From Albidovulum sp. (lineage in GTDB: Bacteria; Pseudomonadota; Alphaproteobacteria; Rhodobacterales; Rhodobacteraceae), in contig JBGSNN010000462.1 in NCBI GenBank assembly GCA_041739655.1, positions 1 to 49,159 of the forward strand: a DNA stretch of 49,159 nucleotides, in the 5' to 3' direction. Positions 30,220 through 40,414 of this stretch are shown piece after piece. Within the stretch, counting starts at the first letter, position 1, and the number at the start of each line of letters is the position of its first letter. A program made the position numbers and the translations under genes. Under the pieces are notes generated by a model. That model was not told the origin of the DNA. It saw nothing but the letters and a program-made list of their open reading frames with translations, and made no database searches.

Positions 30220-31804
30220 AACGCGGGAGGGTTTTCAGGCTCATCCGCATGAAGGCCATGAGCCGCGCCTCGGCTTCGGCTTCAGTCTCGTCGGGGCCGA
30301 TGGGGGTGACATAGCGGACCAGCGCGCCATCGGTCCGCCCGATCAGGAGACTGTCCTTTAGGACACTCAGTTTGGCCCTGAAGTCGTTCGACAACCGTCG
30401 CCCGCGCCCCTCGAACCAGTAGAACACGAGCTGTTTCGACAGCCCTTTCTGGATCACCGCGCGGTTTGCGGCGAAGGTGCCATAGCCTTCCGCCGTCAGA
30501 TCGAGCGGCACCTCCTCAAGGCTGAACACCTCCCACCCGCCGGTCGGCAGGCAGACCTCGGGGGAATGGATACCCTGACCTTCGGTCTGCTTGTCATACC
30601 ACGCCACGAAGAAGGCCACCGCCTGCGGCGCGTCAGGGCTTTGGTAGATCGCGTTCAAATAGTCGTCGGCGGCGAGGACGCGTTCGATGTTGGGCTCAAG
30701 CTGTTCGGTATAGCTTTGCCAGCTTCCGACCTGCCGGGGAAAAAGCGCGAGCGGGTCGCGCGTGGGCGCCTCAATGGTCTGCGCCGGCAGAAACTGCCAC
30801 GCGGCGGAGACGGCGGCGGTCAGGATCACCGCCACCAGAAGACCGGCCGTGGCACGGATGCCGAAGACCCGTGCGAGGACCCCGCCCATGCCTTCGAAAT
30901 CAAGGTCGATGGCGTCGGACAGCGACAGCGGCGTGGGGGCGAGACGCTGCAGCGCCATCGCCATCAGGAAGAGGATGCCAACGCAGATGAGGAAGATCAC
31001 CCAGCCTTCGAAGAAATGCAGGAACCCCTCTGCCTGCTCGATGCCGTAGCGGTCCACCAGAACCCCGATGACGCCGATACGGACGGAGTTCATCAGGACG
31101 GTCAGCGGTGCGGCGGACAGCAGGAGCACGATCTTGTGCCAGAAGGGGCCGCGATAGAGGATCGCGAAGAGATAGGAGAAGCTGAGGATCGGGAACAGGT
31201 AGCGCAGGCCCGAACAGGCCTCGGCGACCTGCAGCTTGTAGACGCCAAGGTCGATCACGTTGCCTTCGAGATAGACGGCGACGCCCGCAAGGCTGACCAG
31301 AAAGACCCCGATCTCGGAAGAGACGGTTTGAAGGAAGATTGTAAGCTTCCAGTAAAGGATCTGCGGCAGCGGCAGCATGAAAACCAGATGCACGACCGGC
31401 AACATGTGACGTCGCCCACGATCCCATCCGAAGATGGTCAGAACGACGCCACCGACCCAGATGATGAAGGCATAGGTCACGATGTCCGGCACGCGCATCA
31501 GATTGCCGAGCGCGGCCAGAGCCAGCCCGCCGGTCAGGATGGCAAGCCCTGGCCAGCGGCGGCGCGCGGGCCCGGGCGCCGGCATGCGGCGCAGTTCGCG
31601 AAGGAAGAGGTAGAGCGAGATCAGAGGGATCAGCGGGCCATGGCTGTACTCGGCCGTCGACCACGCCGCCGCAAGCGACACGAACCCGATCCAGAAGATC
31701 GGCAACGAGGCCAGGAGAAGCGCAACAAACATCCCGACCCCTGGCAGGTTTGCTGACACTGCTAGACGCGGTGCGACTGCGTCAGGCATCGGGCTTTGGG
31801 TCAT
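30206..31804 (-). CDS. xrtD: Exosortase D (VPLPA-CTERM-specific) with C-terminal EpsI domain
   Basis: [19 protein letters not shown] (Cys), NSVRI (Arg), LHFFEG (His), EpsI motif [18 protein letters not shown]. Confidence 0.92.
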   Translation of the reverse strand: MTQSPMPDAVAPRLAVSANLPGVGMFVALLLASLPIFWIGFVSLAAAWSTAEYSHGPLIPLISLYLFLRELRRMPAPGPARRRWPGLAILTGGLALAALGNLMRVPDIVTYAFIIWVGGVVLTIFGWDRGRRHMLPVVHLVFMLPLPQILYWKLTIFLQTVSSEIGVFLVSLAGVAVYLEGNVIDLGVYKLQVAEACSGLRYLFPILSFSYLFAILYRGPFWHKIVLLLSAAPLTVLMNSVRIGVIGVLVDRYGIEQAEGFLHFFEGWVIFLICVGILFLMAMALQRLAPTPLSLSDAIDLDFEGMGGVLARVFGIRATAGLLVAVILTAAVSAAWQFLPAQTIEAPTRDPLALFPRQVGSWQSYTEQLEPNIERVLAADDYLNAIYQSPDAPQAVAFFVAWYDKQTEGQGIHSPEVCLPTGGWEVFSLEEVPLDLTAEGYGTFAANRAVIQKGLSKQLVFYWFEGRGRRLSNDFRAKLSVLKDSLLIGRTDGALVRYVTPIGPDETEAEAEARLMAFMRMSLKTLPRFVPF

Positions 31805-31958
31805 GCGCGGGATCGTCCGAAATCGTCATGCGGGGACAAGCTACCCAATTTGCAGCGGAAATGCGACACTCAACACCGCAGACGCACTGAACTTTGCGTC
31901 ATCACGCGCATTTTGGTTCCAAACCCCGCGCGAAACGCTGATCCGCGCCGGGATTGCA

Positions 31959-33443
31959 TCAGGGTCGGTAACTAAAGGTCCGGTCCAGCGTCAGGAAAAT
32001 GGAGTTCGACTGCGCATCACCCGTGTTGTCGGAGCGGTGCCGCAGTTGCAACCCGCCGGTCAGGCCCCAGTCCTGTGTCAGTGCGTGCGAGTAGGAGGCC
32101 AGAAGGTCGGCTCGATTGGTTTCGTTGAAACCCGGGATCGAGTCGGCCGATTCAGAGCGGCCCCAGTTCAGCCCGAAATTGATCTGCGAGACATTGTTGA
32201 TGGCATAGCTGTAGTTCACGCCGACCCGCGTGTTGAACACATCCTGGTTCAGGCCGTTGGTGGTGACACTGCGCCCCGCGGTGACGGAGATGTCGCTCGA
32301 CCGCAGGGTATGGGTATAGGCGAGCGAACCGGACGGACGGTTGTTGCCAGCAGGCGTTTGGGTCATGCCGACCGTCGCCGACAGTGTTCCCGAGGCAAGT
32401 TGAAAGTCGCGCCCGAGGGTGACGATGTTGCGCGTGCCGTTCTGGTTAACCGTCGATGTGAAGCCGCCGAATATCGACCCATTGGCCAGAGTCTGGGTGA
32501 GTTGTACATTGCTGGTTCCGCCGGACCGAACGGCGCGGCCGCCGGTCGTGTCGGTGGTAACCTCGGTGTAGCCCACCTGGGCATCGAGTGTGAGGACCGG
32601 ATTGATGTCCATCACCGCCCCGATCGCATAGTCGATCGTCTCGCGCTCGGTGAGCACCGAATCCTCAGCATCGTATTCGGTGATGCCGACGGTGCCCCGA
32701 AGTTGCACGAGTGGCGAGACCTTCATCGTCACGGTCGCCGTGGCGCTGTCCGTCACCTGATCGAAGAGAGTAGGGCTTACCGCCTCGGCCGTCGCATCGT
32801 AGGTGCGCGAGTCATGCTTCGCGGAGAACTGGAATCCGAGGGGATCATTGATCCCCGTCACGAAGGTCGCCCCCAGCGTCTGCCAAGTGACGACGCCACC
32901 GCCGCCGATCAGCTGACCAAGCGCCTGTTCTTCCTGCTCGACCTGAAACGGGTTGAGAAACTCACGGTCTGCGCTGCGATATCGGCCGTCCAACGAAAGA
33001 GTGCTGTTCAGGCCGTTGAGCGTGTACCGCAAGCGCACGGTCGGATCCTCGAACCCGCTGATCGTCCGACCGGGAATTTGTGCAAAGCGCAGAACCGTCG
33101 ACGCGTCGAGGGTGAGGGTCTGCGTTGGCGCGATGTTCGACAGACCGAACGTTAGGGTATTGTCCCAGATCGTCGAGGACCCACCGCTAGTGTTGGACAG
33201 CTTGAAGTTGTCGTCGAAGCTGAGATCGCTCGAGATCCCGAAATCGAACTGAAGCCCGCCGGTGTTCTGCAGGCCGGTCGCGGCCTGAACCGTCGTGCCA
33301 CCGCTGGCCTGCGGCGTCACGACCGGCGCCGTCGTCGTCCCCGGCGCAGCAATACCCCCCACCTGCTGCGGGAGGGCGCTGTTTGGCATCAATGTCGAGA
33401 GGGCCGCGATTACCGCGATCTTTTTACTGCTCGTCCCCACCAC
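31959..33443 (-). CDS. Outer-membrane beta-barrel protein associated with EPS export
   Basis: Signal peptide, amphipathic strands throughout, C-terminal IFLTLDRTFSYRP; co-oriented downstream of wza. Confidence 0.75.
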   Translation of the reverse strand: MVGTSSKKIAVIAALSTLMPNSALPQQVGGIAAPGTTTAPVVTPQASGGTTVQAATGLQNTGGLQFDFGISSDLSFDDNFKLSNTSGGSSTIWDNTLTFGLSNIAPTQTLTLDASTVLRFAQIPGRTISGFEDPTVRLRYTLNGLNSTLSLDGRYRSADREFLNPFQVEQEEQALGQLIGGGGVVTWQTLGATFVTGINDPLGFQFSAKHDSRTYDATAEAVSPTLFDQVTDSATATVTMKVSPLVQLRGTVGITEYDAEDSVLTERETIDYAIGAVMDINPVLTLDAQVGYTEVTTDTTGGRAVRSGGTSNVQLTQTLANGSIFGGFTSTVNQNGTRNIVTLGRDFQLASGTLSATVGMTQTPAGNNRPSGSLAYTHTLRSSDISVTAGRSVTTNGLNQDVFNTRVGVNYSYAINNVSQINFGLNWGRSESADSIPGFNETNRADLLASYSHALTQDWGLTGGLQLRHRSDNTGDAQSNSIFLTLDRTFSYRP

Positions 33444-33457
33444 GCGATTTGCCCTTT

Positions 33458-34090
33458 TTATTCGAAGAGTTTTCGCTCCGGCGCCACAATGACATCACCA
33501 TCCCGAAGCACGATCACCGGCGCCTGTACCCCGGCTTGTACTGCTTTGTAGTTGTAGTTGTACACCGTTTCAGTCCCGGTCTTCTTGTTCGGCCGACGCA
33601 ACTGGATACGTTTTGTCGCCGCAAAGCGGCTCAGGCCGCCCGTCTCGGCAAGAAACTGCAAGATCGTCGTGCCGGATTTCACGTCGATCTTGCCTTGGGT
33701 ATTGAACTCGCCCATCGCGTAGACCGACACGGTGTCGTAGGGCTGATAGTTGGCTGCGACCGACTGTGCGGCGGCATTGTTCAACGCGCTCGTCACCGGG
33801 TTCAACTGACCGACCGAGAGATAGACGGTTGGCGGGGCGGCGAAGTTCGATGCCAATGCAGTCGAAATCGCACTCTTCATCGCCTCGACGCTCTTGCCGG
33901 AGGCCCGCACCGAACCAACGAGTGGCAGGCTGATCGTGCCATCGGGCAAAACCATCAGGCTGCGATTGAGGCTTGGATCCTCAAGCACCTCCATTTGCAG
34001 CACATCGCCCGGCTGGATGCGATAGCCCTGCGCCAGCGCGGCGGGGGCAAGAAGAGCGGCCAGGATGAGGCCGAGAAGGGTTCTGAGCAT
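33458..34090 (-). CDS. wza: Polysaccharide export (OPX) protein, short form
   Basis: YRIQPGDVL, VLPDGTISLPLVG, SLBB domain, LRDGDVIVAP; type I signal peptide with no lipobox. Confidence 0.9.
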   Translation of the reverse strand: MLRTLLGLILAALLAPAALAQGYRIQPGDVLQMEVLEDPSLNRSLMVLPDGTISLPLVGSVRASGKSVEAMKSAISTALASNFAAPPTVYLSVGQLNPVTSALNNAAAQSVAANYQPYDTVSVYAMGEFNTQGKIDVKSGTTILQFLAETGGLSRFAATKRIQLRRPNKKTGTETVYNYNYKAVQAGVQAPVIVLRDGDVIVAPERKLFE

Positions 34091-34220
34091 AGTAACACCC
34101 CGAGTTTCGAATCGTAGCAATCCTATGCCTACATGTTGCTTTATCAAACTGTTAACTCCCATTCCTCATTCATTCCACCCTGCGTAAAGCACATCGTGCC
34201 CGTTCAGCAACACAGGTCGG

Positions 34221-36674
34221 TCAGTTGCTGATAGTGACTCCTGCCGCTTCAAGAGCGTCGATTTCGGTCTGCGCCGCCGCAACGAAGTCCGGGCGCGGCC
34301 CGTCGGACGGGATCAGTGTCATCATGCGGTTGAACTGCGCCAGCGCCTCGCGTTGCTTGCGCTGTGCAAGATAGACCATGGCGAGATGATATTGGACCGA
34401 TGCGTCTTCGGGCAGCCCGGCCGCCGCCTTGACGAGTTCCGCTTCCGCCTCGTCATGGCTGCCGCGCAGGTAGGCGATCCAGCCGTAGGTATCCTGAAAC
34501 GCCGGGACCGTGCTGCCGCGCAGACGCCGGGCGATCAGTTCGGCGCGGTTGAGGCTGTCGGGATCGTTGCCGTGAACTGACAGAAGGCTCGCCAGATTGT
34601 TCGCGACGATCGGGTTGCCGCTGTTTTCCTTGTAGAGCCCCTCGTAGATTTCGATGGCGCCGGTATAGTCGCCCTTGCGCTCCAGCACCCCGGCCTTGGC
34701 CCACTTCAGTTCCGGCTGATCGGGGGCAGTTTCCTGCGCCTTGGCGATCAGCGCCTCGGTCTCTGTCGTCCTCTGCGGATCGGAGGCGACGATGCGGACC
34801 AGCGCAAGCCAGGCCTGAACACGCGTTGCATCGTCTTCGACGAGCGTGCGCATGGTGGCTTCGGCGACCTTCAGATTGCCGACCAGAAGCTGGACCGATC
34901 CGTTGATGAACTGCAACTCAGGGTCATCGGGCGCTTCGTGCAACATCTGGTTGGCATAGGCGAGGGCACGGTCGATGCGATCATTCGCGATGTAGGTCCT
35001 GAGAAGCGCGACGCGGGTGCCAAGATCGGCGTTGCCGCCGTCAACCAGGCCCTGAAGATAGCCGATGGCCTCATCGCCTTTTTGCTGTCCGCTCAGCGCC
35101 GCGGCGCGAAGCGTCACGGCGGCGCTGCGTTCATTCGCACCAGTGCCGGCCGCAAGCTGGTCGGCGACGGCATTGGCGCGGGGCCAGTCCTGCATGGCGA
35201 CGTAAATCTGCCCGAGCGGGATCAGAAGGCCTGCATTGCCGGGCGACAGGCGGAGTGCGTCAATGATGACGCTTTCGGCCTGCACAAGCTTGTTGTCGGT
35301 GGCGAGGAACTGGGCATATCGCAGCGATTCATCCGGCGCACGGTTGGACGCATTGACCGCGAGTGACAACATCTCGCGCATCAGGTCGCGGTTGCCGTCG
35401 CGCTCATAGGCCTGCGCCATGAGGGTCATCAAGGCGGCATCGTTGGGGTTGTCGTCGATCGCCTCGCGCAGGATCGCGATGGCGTCACCCACCTTGTCGT
35501 CGCGGATGAACCATGTCGCTTTCAATTTCAGCGCTTCGACGGCGCCGGAATCCTCGGCCAGGACTTCGTCCACCAGCCCGTGCGCCTCGTCTTCCTGGCC
35601 TGTCGCGGTCAGCATCCGGGCCAGACCCATCTTGATGCGCCGCGCATCGTCCGCATCCTTGCTGGATTGCAGCACGCTGCGCATGTCCGCAATCGCCTTG
35701 TCGCGCTCGCCGAGGTCAAAGAGAAAGCCCGCGCGGGCAGAGCGGAAGATTGGCGTCGTGGCTCCGCCCGCGATGACAGTGTCAAGCTCATCGACGGCGA
35801 TCTTGGTGGAGCGGTGCTCGGCCAGGAACCGGATCAGGGCGAAGACAGGTTCCACTTCCGGCGCCGCGAGGTCGATGCGGCCGCGCAGATGCGTCTCAGC
35901 CTTGTCCAGCAATCCGCGCGCTACATACCAGCGGACGAGCGTTTCGCTCATCTCCGGCGCGTCCGGAAAGCGGGCGACCATGTCGAGAAGCCCCTGTTCC
36001 ACCGCCTTCTCATCCCCGAGCGCGGACAGGACGGCCATGCGCTGGGCGAAAAGCTGGCGGTCTTTCGGCTCCAGCATGATCGCGGCGTCGATTTCGGCGA
36101 GGGCGGCGTTGAAGCTCTGCGCGCGCAGCAGATCGTCGATTGCAACGCGGCGCAAGAGGATGTTCTCAGGCAGTCTATCACGCAGGTCGCGCACCCGCTT
36201 CATCGCATCGACGATGCCGGCCGAGTCATTCGCCTCGGTCGCTGCGCCATAATCGGCAGCGGCCTTGATGGCAAGAAGCTCGGGATTTCCTGGGGCAAGA
36301 CTGACCGCCGGGGTGACATAACGCTGGGCCACGTCCCAGTCGCCGTTTGCCACAGCCATTCCAGACAGGGCCTGAAGCGCCTCGAGGTCGTCGGGATATT
36401 GCTCGATCAGCCGCAGATACTGCGAGAAGGATTCGCGCAGGTTGCCTCTGTCGCGTTCGACATGGGCATATGCGCGGCGCGCCTCCTTGTGCTCTGCGTT
36501 GAACTTGAAGACGTTGCGGAACTCGATCAGTGCGCGGTCGACATCGCCCTTCTCAAGATAGGCCACCCCGGACTGATAGAACTTTTCGGCGCGATCCTTG
36601 GCGGAATCGCAAGCCGCAAGCGCCATCAGGCTGACCGCGAGCACGGTCGAAACCAGGGTCCTCCGAAGGGTCAT
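34221..36674 (-). CDS. TPR-repeat lipoprotein (PrsT-like, exosortase system)
   Basis: Lipobox LAAC; tandem TPRs; NNLASLL...DTYGWI motif near the C-terminus. Confidence 0.85.
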   Translation of the reverse strand: MTLRRTLVSTVLAVSLMALAACDSAKDRAEKFYQSGVAYLEKGDVDRALIEFRNVFKFNAEHKEARRAYAHVERDRGNLRESFSQYLRLIEQYPDDLEALQALSGMAVANGDWDVAQRYVTPAVSLAPGNPELLAIKAAADYGAATEANDSAGIVDAMKRVRDLRDRLPENILLRRVAIDDLLRAQSFNAALAEIDAAIMLEPKDRQLFAQRMAVLSALGDEKAVEQGLLDMVARFPDAPEMSETLVRWYVARGLLDKAETHLRGRIDLAAPEVEPVFALIRFLAEHRSTKIAVDELDTVIAGGATTPIFRSARAGFLFDLGERDKAIADMRSVLQSSKDADDARRIKMGLARMLTATGQEDEAHGLVDEVLAEDSGAVEALKLKATWFIRDDKVGDAIAILREAIDDNPNDAALMTLMAQAYERDGNRDLMREMLSLAVNASNRAPDESLRYAQFLATDNKLVQAESVIIDALRLSPGNAGLLIPLGQIYVAMQDWPRANAVADQLAAGTGANERSAAVTLRAAALSGQQKGDEAIGYLQGLVDGGNADLGTRVALLRTYIANDRIDRALAYANQMLHEAPDDPELQFINGSVQLLVGNLKVAEATMRTLVEDDATRVQAWLALVRIVASDPQRTTETEALIAKAQETAPDQPELKWAKAGVLERKGDYTGAIEIYEGLYKENSGNPIVANNLASLLSVHGNDPDSLNRAELIARRLRGSTVPAFQDTYGWIAYLRGSHDEAEAELVKAAAGLPEDASVQYHLAMVYLAQRKQREALAQFNRMMTLIPSDGPRPDFVAAAQTEIDALEAAGVTISN

Positions 36675-36788
36675 CAACTTCCTCTTATGCGCTTGCATCA
36701 CGGCAGATAAGCGAAGACCGCGGCGCGAATATGGCAACAGTGTCAGTTACAGAAGGGTGTTTGCACAAAAAACAGCACCAACGTCAAC

Positions 36789-37478
36789 TCAATAGCCCGT
36801 TCCCCTCAGAACGACACTCACGGTTGCCCAGAGAAGCCAGAGATCGTTTCGAAACGACAGAGTCTCATCGTACTCGGTGTCATATTCGGCCCGCTTGGAA
36901 AAGGCGCTTTCGTTGCGGTCCGAGACCTGCCAAATCCCGGTGATGCCGGGGCGCAAGCGGTAGTAGGACAGGCCATGATAGAGCGGGCGTTGGCTCGGCA
37001 TCATCGGGCGTGGCCCGACGAGGGACATGTCGCCGATCAGTACGTTCCAGAGCTGTGGCAGTTCATCGAGCGACGTCTTGCGCAGAAAACGGCCGAAACG
37101 GGTGATCCGCGGATCGGATTTGAGTTTTTGCGTACTGTTCCATTCCAGCCGGGCTTCGGCATTCCGCGACAGATATTCCTCAAGCATCGCGTCGGCATTC
37201 GGCACCATGCTGCGCAGCTTCAGCATCCGGAAATTGCGTCCGCCACGCCCGACCCGATCGTTCCAGTAGAATGGGTTTGATCCATCGAAGGAGACTATCA
37301 GTGCCATCAGGATGATCAGGGGTGCAACCACAACTCCGCTGATCACGACCGCCGAGATATCGAACAGCCGCTTCAGGTAGTTGCGATAGAGGCCGGAACG
37401 GAAAGGAACAGTCACCAAGCCCACCGGAGCGCTCGCCATATCAATTTCGTCTGACAATTCATTCAACTGAAGCGTCAT
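36789..37478 (-). CDS. Priming sugar transferase (small phosphoglycosyl transferase)
   Basis: KRLFDI, KLRSM, DPRITRFGRFLRKTSLDELPQLWNVL.GDMSLVGPRP, RPGITG.WQV. Confidence 0.95.
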   Translation of the reverse strand: MTLQLNELSDEIDMASAPVGLVTVPFRSGLYRNYLKRLFDISAVVISGVVVAPLIILMALIVSFDGSNPFYWNDRVGRGGRNFRMLKLRSMVPNADAMLEEYLSRNAEARLEWNSTQKLKSDPRITRFGRFLRKTSLDELPQLWNVLIGDMSLVGPRPMMPSQRPLYHGLSYYRLRPGITGIWQVSDRNESAFSKRAEYDTEYDETLSFRNDLWLLWATVSVVLRGTGY

Positions 37479-37952
37479 ACGCTCACTCCGCTCGCATCAC
37501 CGCTTACCCCCCGACACGCCGACAAGAGACGTGTCAAACATCACAAGAACCTATAGTGTGGCAGCATCACTGTTTGCCTGCATAGCATTTTCTGCAACGT
37601 GGCGAAAACAACAAATCCAACGGCGTTCGCAGGTACGCGTCATTGCGCCGCCCCGGTGGCCGATTCCCGCCCGTTTTATGCGTCCAGCCCAAGATATTGA
37701 GAATATTCCGTTTCCTAACAGGCAACAGAGGATGAGTTCGGTCCGGTTTTGTGCGAGCCCTGCCGCGGCGCAGCGTCACGCATCCGGTCGATTCGCGGGC
37801 TTGCGCGGCAACACTCTGGCGCGCGGCGAAACTCTGCCATTAATCTGCCGAAGTTCTGGGACAGTTACCCCGTGAACTCGACCCGAAAAAGGGGTATCAG
37901 TCTTGCAAGTGGGGCGATATTTCCTACCTGCCTTCGGAAGATGGATTGTTGA

Positions 37953-38843
37953 ATGAACAAGGTCGTGGAGACCGGAGCGGAAGAAACCAGCAGCGTCGGC
38001 TTCTACATGGATTTCTTCGGATTCCGCGAGCGTCCGTTCACGCTCGTTCCCGATCCAGATTTCCTGTTTTGGTCGGCGCAGCACCGGCGTGCCTATTCGG
38101 TGCTCGAATTCGGCATTCTCTCGCGCGCGCCGATCACGCTTGTGACCGGTGGTGTCGGCTGCGGCAAGACCACCCTCCTGCGCGAGCTTCTGCGTCAGTT
38201 TGGCTCTAAGGTGACAGTCGGGCTGATCTCGAACGCGCAGGGTGGCCGGGGTGAACTGATCCAGTGGGTGCTGAATGCGCTCGACGTGCCGTTCGACCCA
38301 CACGCGACCTATGTCCAGCTCTTCCAGCAGCTTCAGGACTACCTTATAGAGGAATACGCCGCCGGCCACCGTGTCGTCCTCATCTTCGATGAGGCGCAGA
38401 ACCTGTCTCGCGAAAGCCTTGAGGAACTGCGGATGCTGACCAATATCAACTCCGGCAAGGATGAGATCATTCAGCTCGTGCTCGTCGGTCAGCCGGAACT
38501 GCGGGAACTGGTGCTCGATCCCTCGCTCAGGCAGCTCGCGCAACGGATCGCCGCCAGCTTCCACCTCTTGCCGCTGGACGAAAAATCCGTCGCGGAACTG
38601 ATCGCGCACCGGCTTCGGGCCGCAGGCGGGACCGGGGAGGAGATCAGACCCGACGCCGCGCGCATGATCTACCGGCATACCCATGGTGTGCCGCGTCTGG
38701 TCAATCAATTGTCAGACATGTCGCTGCTCTATGCTTGGAGCATGGACCATCATCATGTAGACGAACACGTCGTGCAGTCCGTCCTGGACGATGGCGTGTT
38801 TTTCGCGGCACAGATCGCGGCGGAAGAAGAGAAGCGGAAATGA
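37953..38843 (+). CDS. ExeA-like AAA ATPase of exosortase/EPS loci
   Basis: FGFRERPFTLVPDPDF, GGVGCGKTT, IFDEAQ, LVGQPEL, GVPRLVN. Confidence 0.9.
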   Translation: MNKVVETGAEETSSVGFYMDFFGFRERPFTLVPDPDFLFWSAQHRRAYSVLEFGILSRAPITLVTGGVGCGKTTLLRELLRQFGSKVTVGLISNAQGGRGELIQWVLNALDVPFDPHATYVQLFQQLQDYLIEEYAAGHRVVLIFDEAQNLSRESLEELRMLTNINSGKDEIIQLVLVGQPELRELVLDPSLRQLAQRIAASFHLLPLDEKSVAELIAHRLRAAGGTGEEIRPDAARMIYRHTHGVPRLVNQLSDMSLLYAWSMDHHHVDEHVVQSVLDDGVFFAAQIAAEEEKRK

Positions 38844-40372
38844 ACCTCGACCTGTCCTTCTATTTTGCGGTCTTTCTGAGACGTATTCACTACTTCATTC
38901 TCGTCTTCGCACTGGTCACGGCCTCCGCGCTTGCGGCCGCCTATCTGTTGCCGGCGGTCTATACGGCGCGGGCGACGCTGATCGTGGAAAGCCCGCAGAT
39001 TCCGGGACAGTTGCTGCCGCCCAGCGTTCAGGCTCAGGCGCTGGAGAAGCTCCAGATCGCGCAGAAGAATCTGATGCGCCGCGTCAATCTTCTGGACATC
39101 GCGCAGAAGCTTAAGGTTTTTAAAGATATCGACAAGATGAGCCCGGACCAGATCGTTCAGGCGATGGCCGACAATACCCGTATCAACAACTTCGCCGCGA
39201 GGGGCGCGGCGACGATCATGAACATCGAGTTCGATGGTCAGACCGGCCCAAAGGCTGCCGCAGTCGTCAATGAATACGTCACGATCGTGCTTTCCGACGA
39301 CGCGCAGACGCGCAAGACCAACGCAGAAGGTTCAGTCGCATTCTTCGAAGCTGAGAAAAAGCGTCTGGATGGTGAGTTGAGCGCGATGAGTGCGAAGCTG
39401 CTCGCCTTCCAAAACGAAAACAAGGACGCGCTGCCCAATACGCTCGCGTATCGCCTGAGCCAGCAGCAGCTTCTACAGGATCGTCTGGCGGTCGCGGAAC
39501 GCGATATTGCGACGCTCAGGGACCAGAAGGCCCGGATGATCGCACTTTTCGAGGCGACCGGGCAGTTGAGTGGCACCACGGTCAACCAGACGCCCGAGGC
39601 CCGACAGCTCGATGCGCTTCGGCAGCAACTGAACTCCTCGCTTGCCTTGCTTTCGCCGACCAATCCAAAGGTAAAGCAACTTCAGGCGCAGATTGACCAG
39701 CTTTCCAAGGTGGTCGAGGCGCAGCAGGTTCCGCCCGGCGCCGCAGGAACGCCGATGTCGCCGCTTGATATCCAGATCGCGACGATTGATACGCAGATCG
39801 CGGCGCTGGACGAGCAGCGCAAGCAGCTTATCGAACAGCTTGCCGCCCTGAAGGACTCGATCGACCGCACGCCCGCCAACCAGATCGCGCTCGATGCCAT
39901 GACCCGCGATTTTCAGAATATCCAGGCGCAATACAACTCGGCGGTCCAAAAGCAGGCGCAGGCATCGAACAACGAACAGGTCGAGCTTTTGTCCAAGGGC
40001 GAGCGGATCACTGTGGTCGAAGCTGCGAGCGCGCCGGATACGCCGACCAAACCCGACCGCATGAAGATCGCAGCGGGCGGTGTCGGCGCCGGGATTCTGC
40101 TGGGCGGTGGCCTGATCTTCCTTCTGGAGCTCCTGAACCGCTCGGTCCGGCGGCCCAAGGACCTCGTCAAGAGTTTCGGGATCGTGCCGCTGGTCACGAT
40201 CCCCTACATGCGCACGCCATCGGAGATGATGAAGCGCCGCAGTGGCTTTGTCGCGTTGCTTCTGCTGGCGGTGGTGGGCATTCCGGCGGCGATCTACGCG
40301 GTTCATGTCTATGTTGCCCCGCTTGACTATATCTTCGGCAAGGTCGCCGAAAAGCTTGGCCTGAGGCTCTGA
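38840..40372 (+). CDS. Polysaccharide co-polymerase (GumC / Wzc N-terminal part)
   Basis: N-terminal TM, LPAVYTARA, long coiled coil, GERITVVEAA..P..P.KP, C-terminal TMs. Confidence 0.9.
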   Translation: MNLDLSFYFAVFLRRIHYFILVFALVTASALAAAYLLPAVYTARATLIVESPQIPGQLLPPSVQAQALEKLQIAQKNLMRRVNLLDIAQKLKVFKDIDKMSPDQIVQAMADNTRINNFAARGAATIMNIEFDGQTGPKAAAVVNEYVTIVLSDDAQTRKTNAEGSVAFFEAEKKRLDGELSAMSAKLLAFQNENKDALPNTLAYRLSQQQLLQDRLAVAERDIATLRDQKARMIALFEATGQLSGTTVNQTPEARQLDALRQQLNSSLALLSPTNPKVKQLQAQIDQLSKVVEAQQVPPGAAGTPMSPLDIQIATIDTQIAALDEQRKQLIEQLAALKDSIDRTPANQIALDAMTRDFQNIQAQYNSAVQKQAQASNNEQVELLSKGERITVVEAASAPDTPTKPDRMKIAAGGVGAGILLGGGLIFLLELLNRSVRRPKDLVKSFGIVPLVTIPYMRTPSEMMKRRSGFVALLLLAVVGIPAAIYAVHVYVAPLDYIFGKVAEKLGLRL

Positions 40373-40414
40373 GCGCGGTCCGGCACGATGCTGAATTCGG
40401 AAGGTTGATTGAGA

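Noticed and set aside
22251-33155. Long alternative ORFs (22251-23816, 24861-26231, 25789-27099, 28334-29662, 30566-31756, 31803-33155)
   Set aside because: All lie antisense to recognisable genes and have Arg/Pro-rich shadow composition.
37479-37952. Sigma-54 promoter / PrsR-type enhancer expected for PEP-CTERM systems
   Set aside because: No convincing TGGCAC-N5-TTGC with correct spacing here or in the other EPS intergenic regions I checked; no prsK/prsR in the window.
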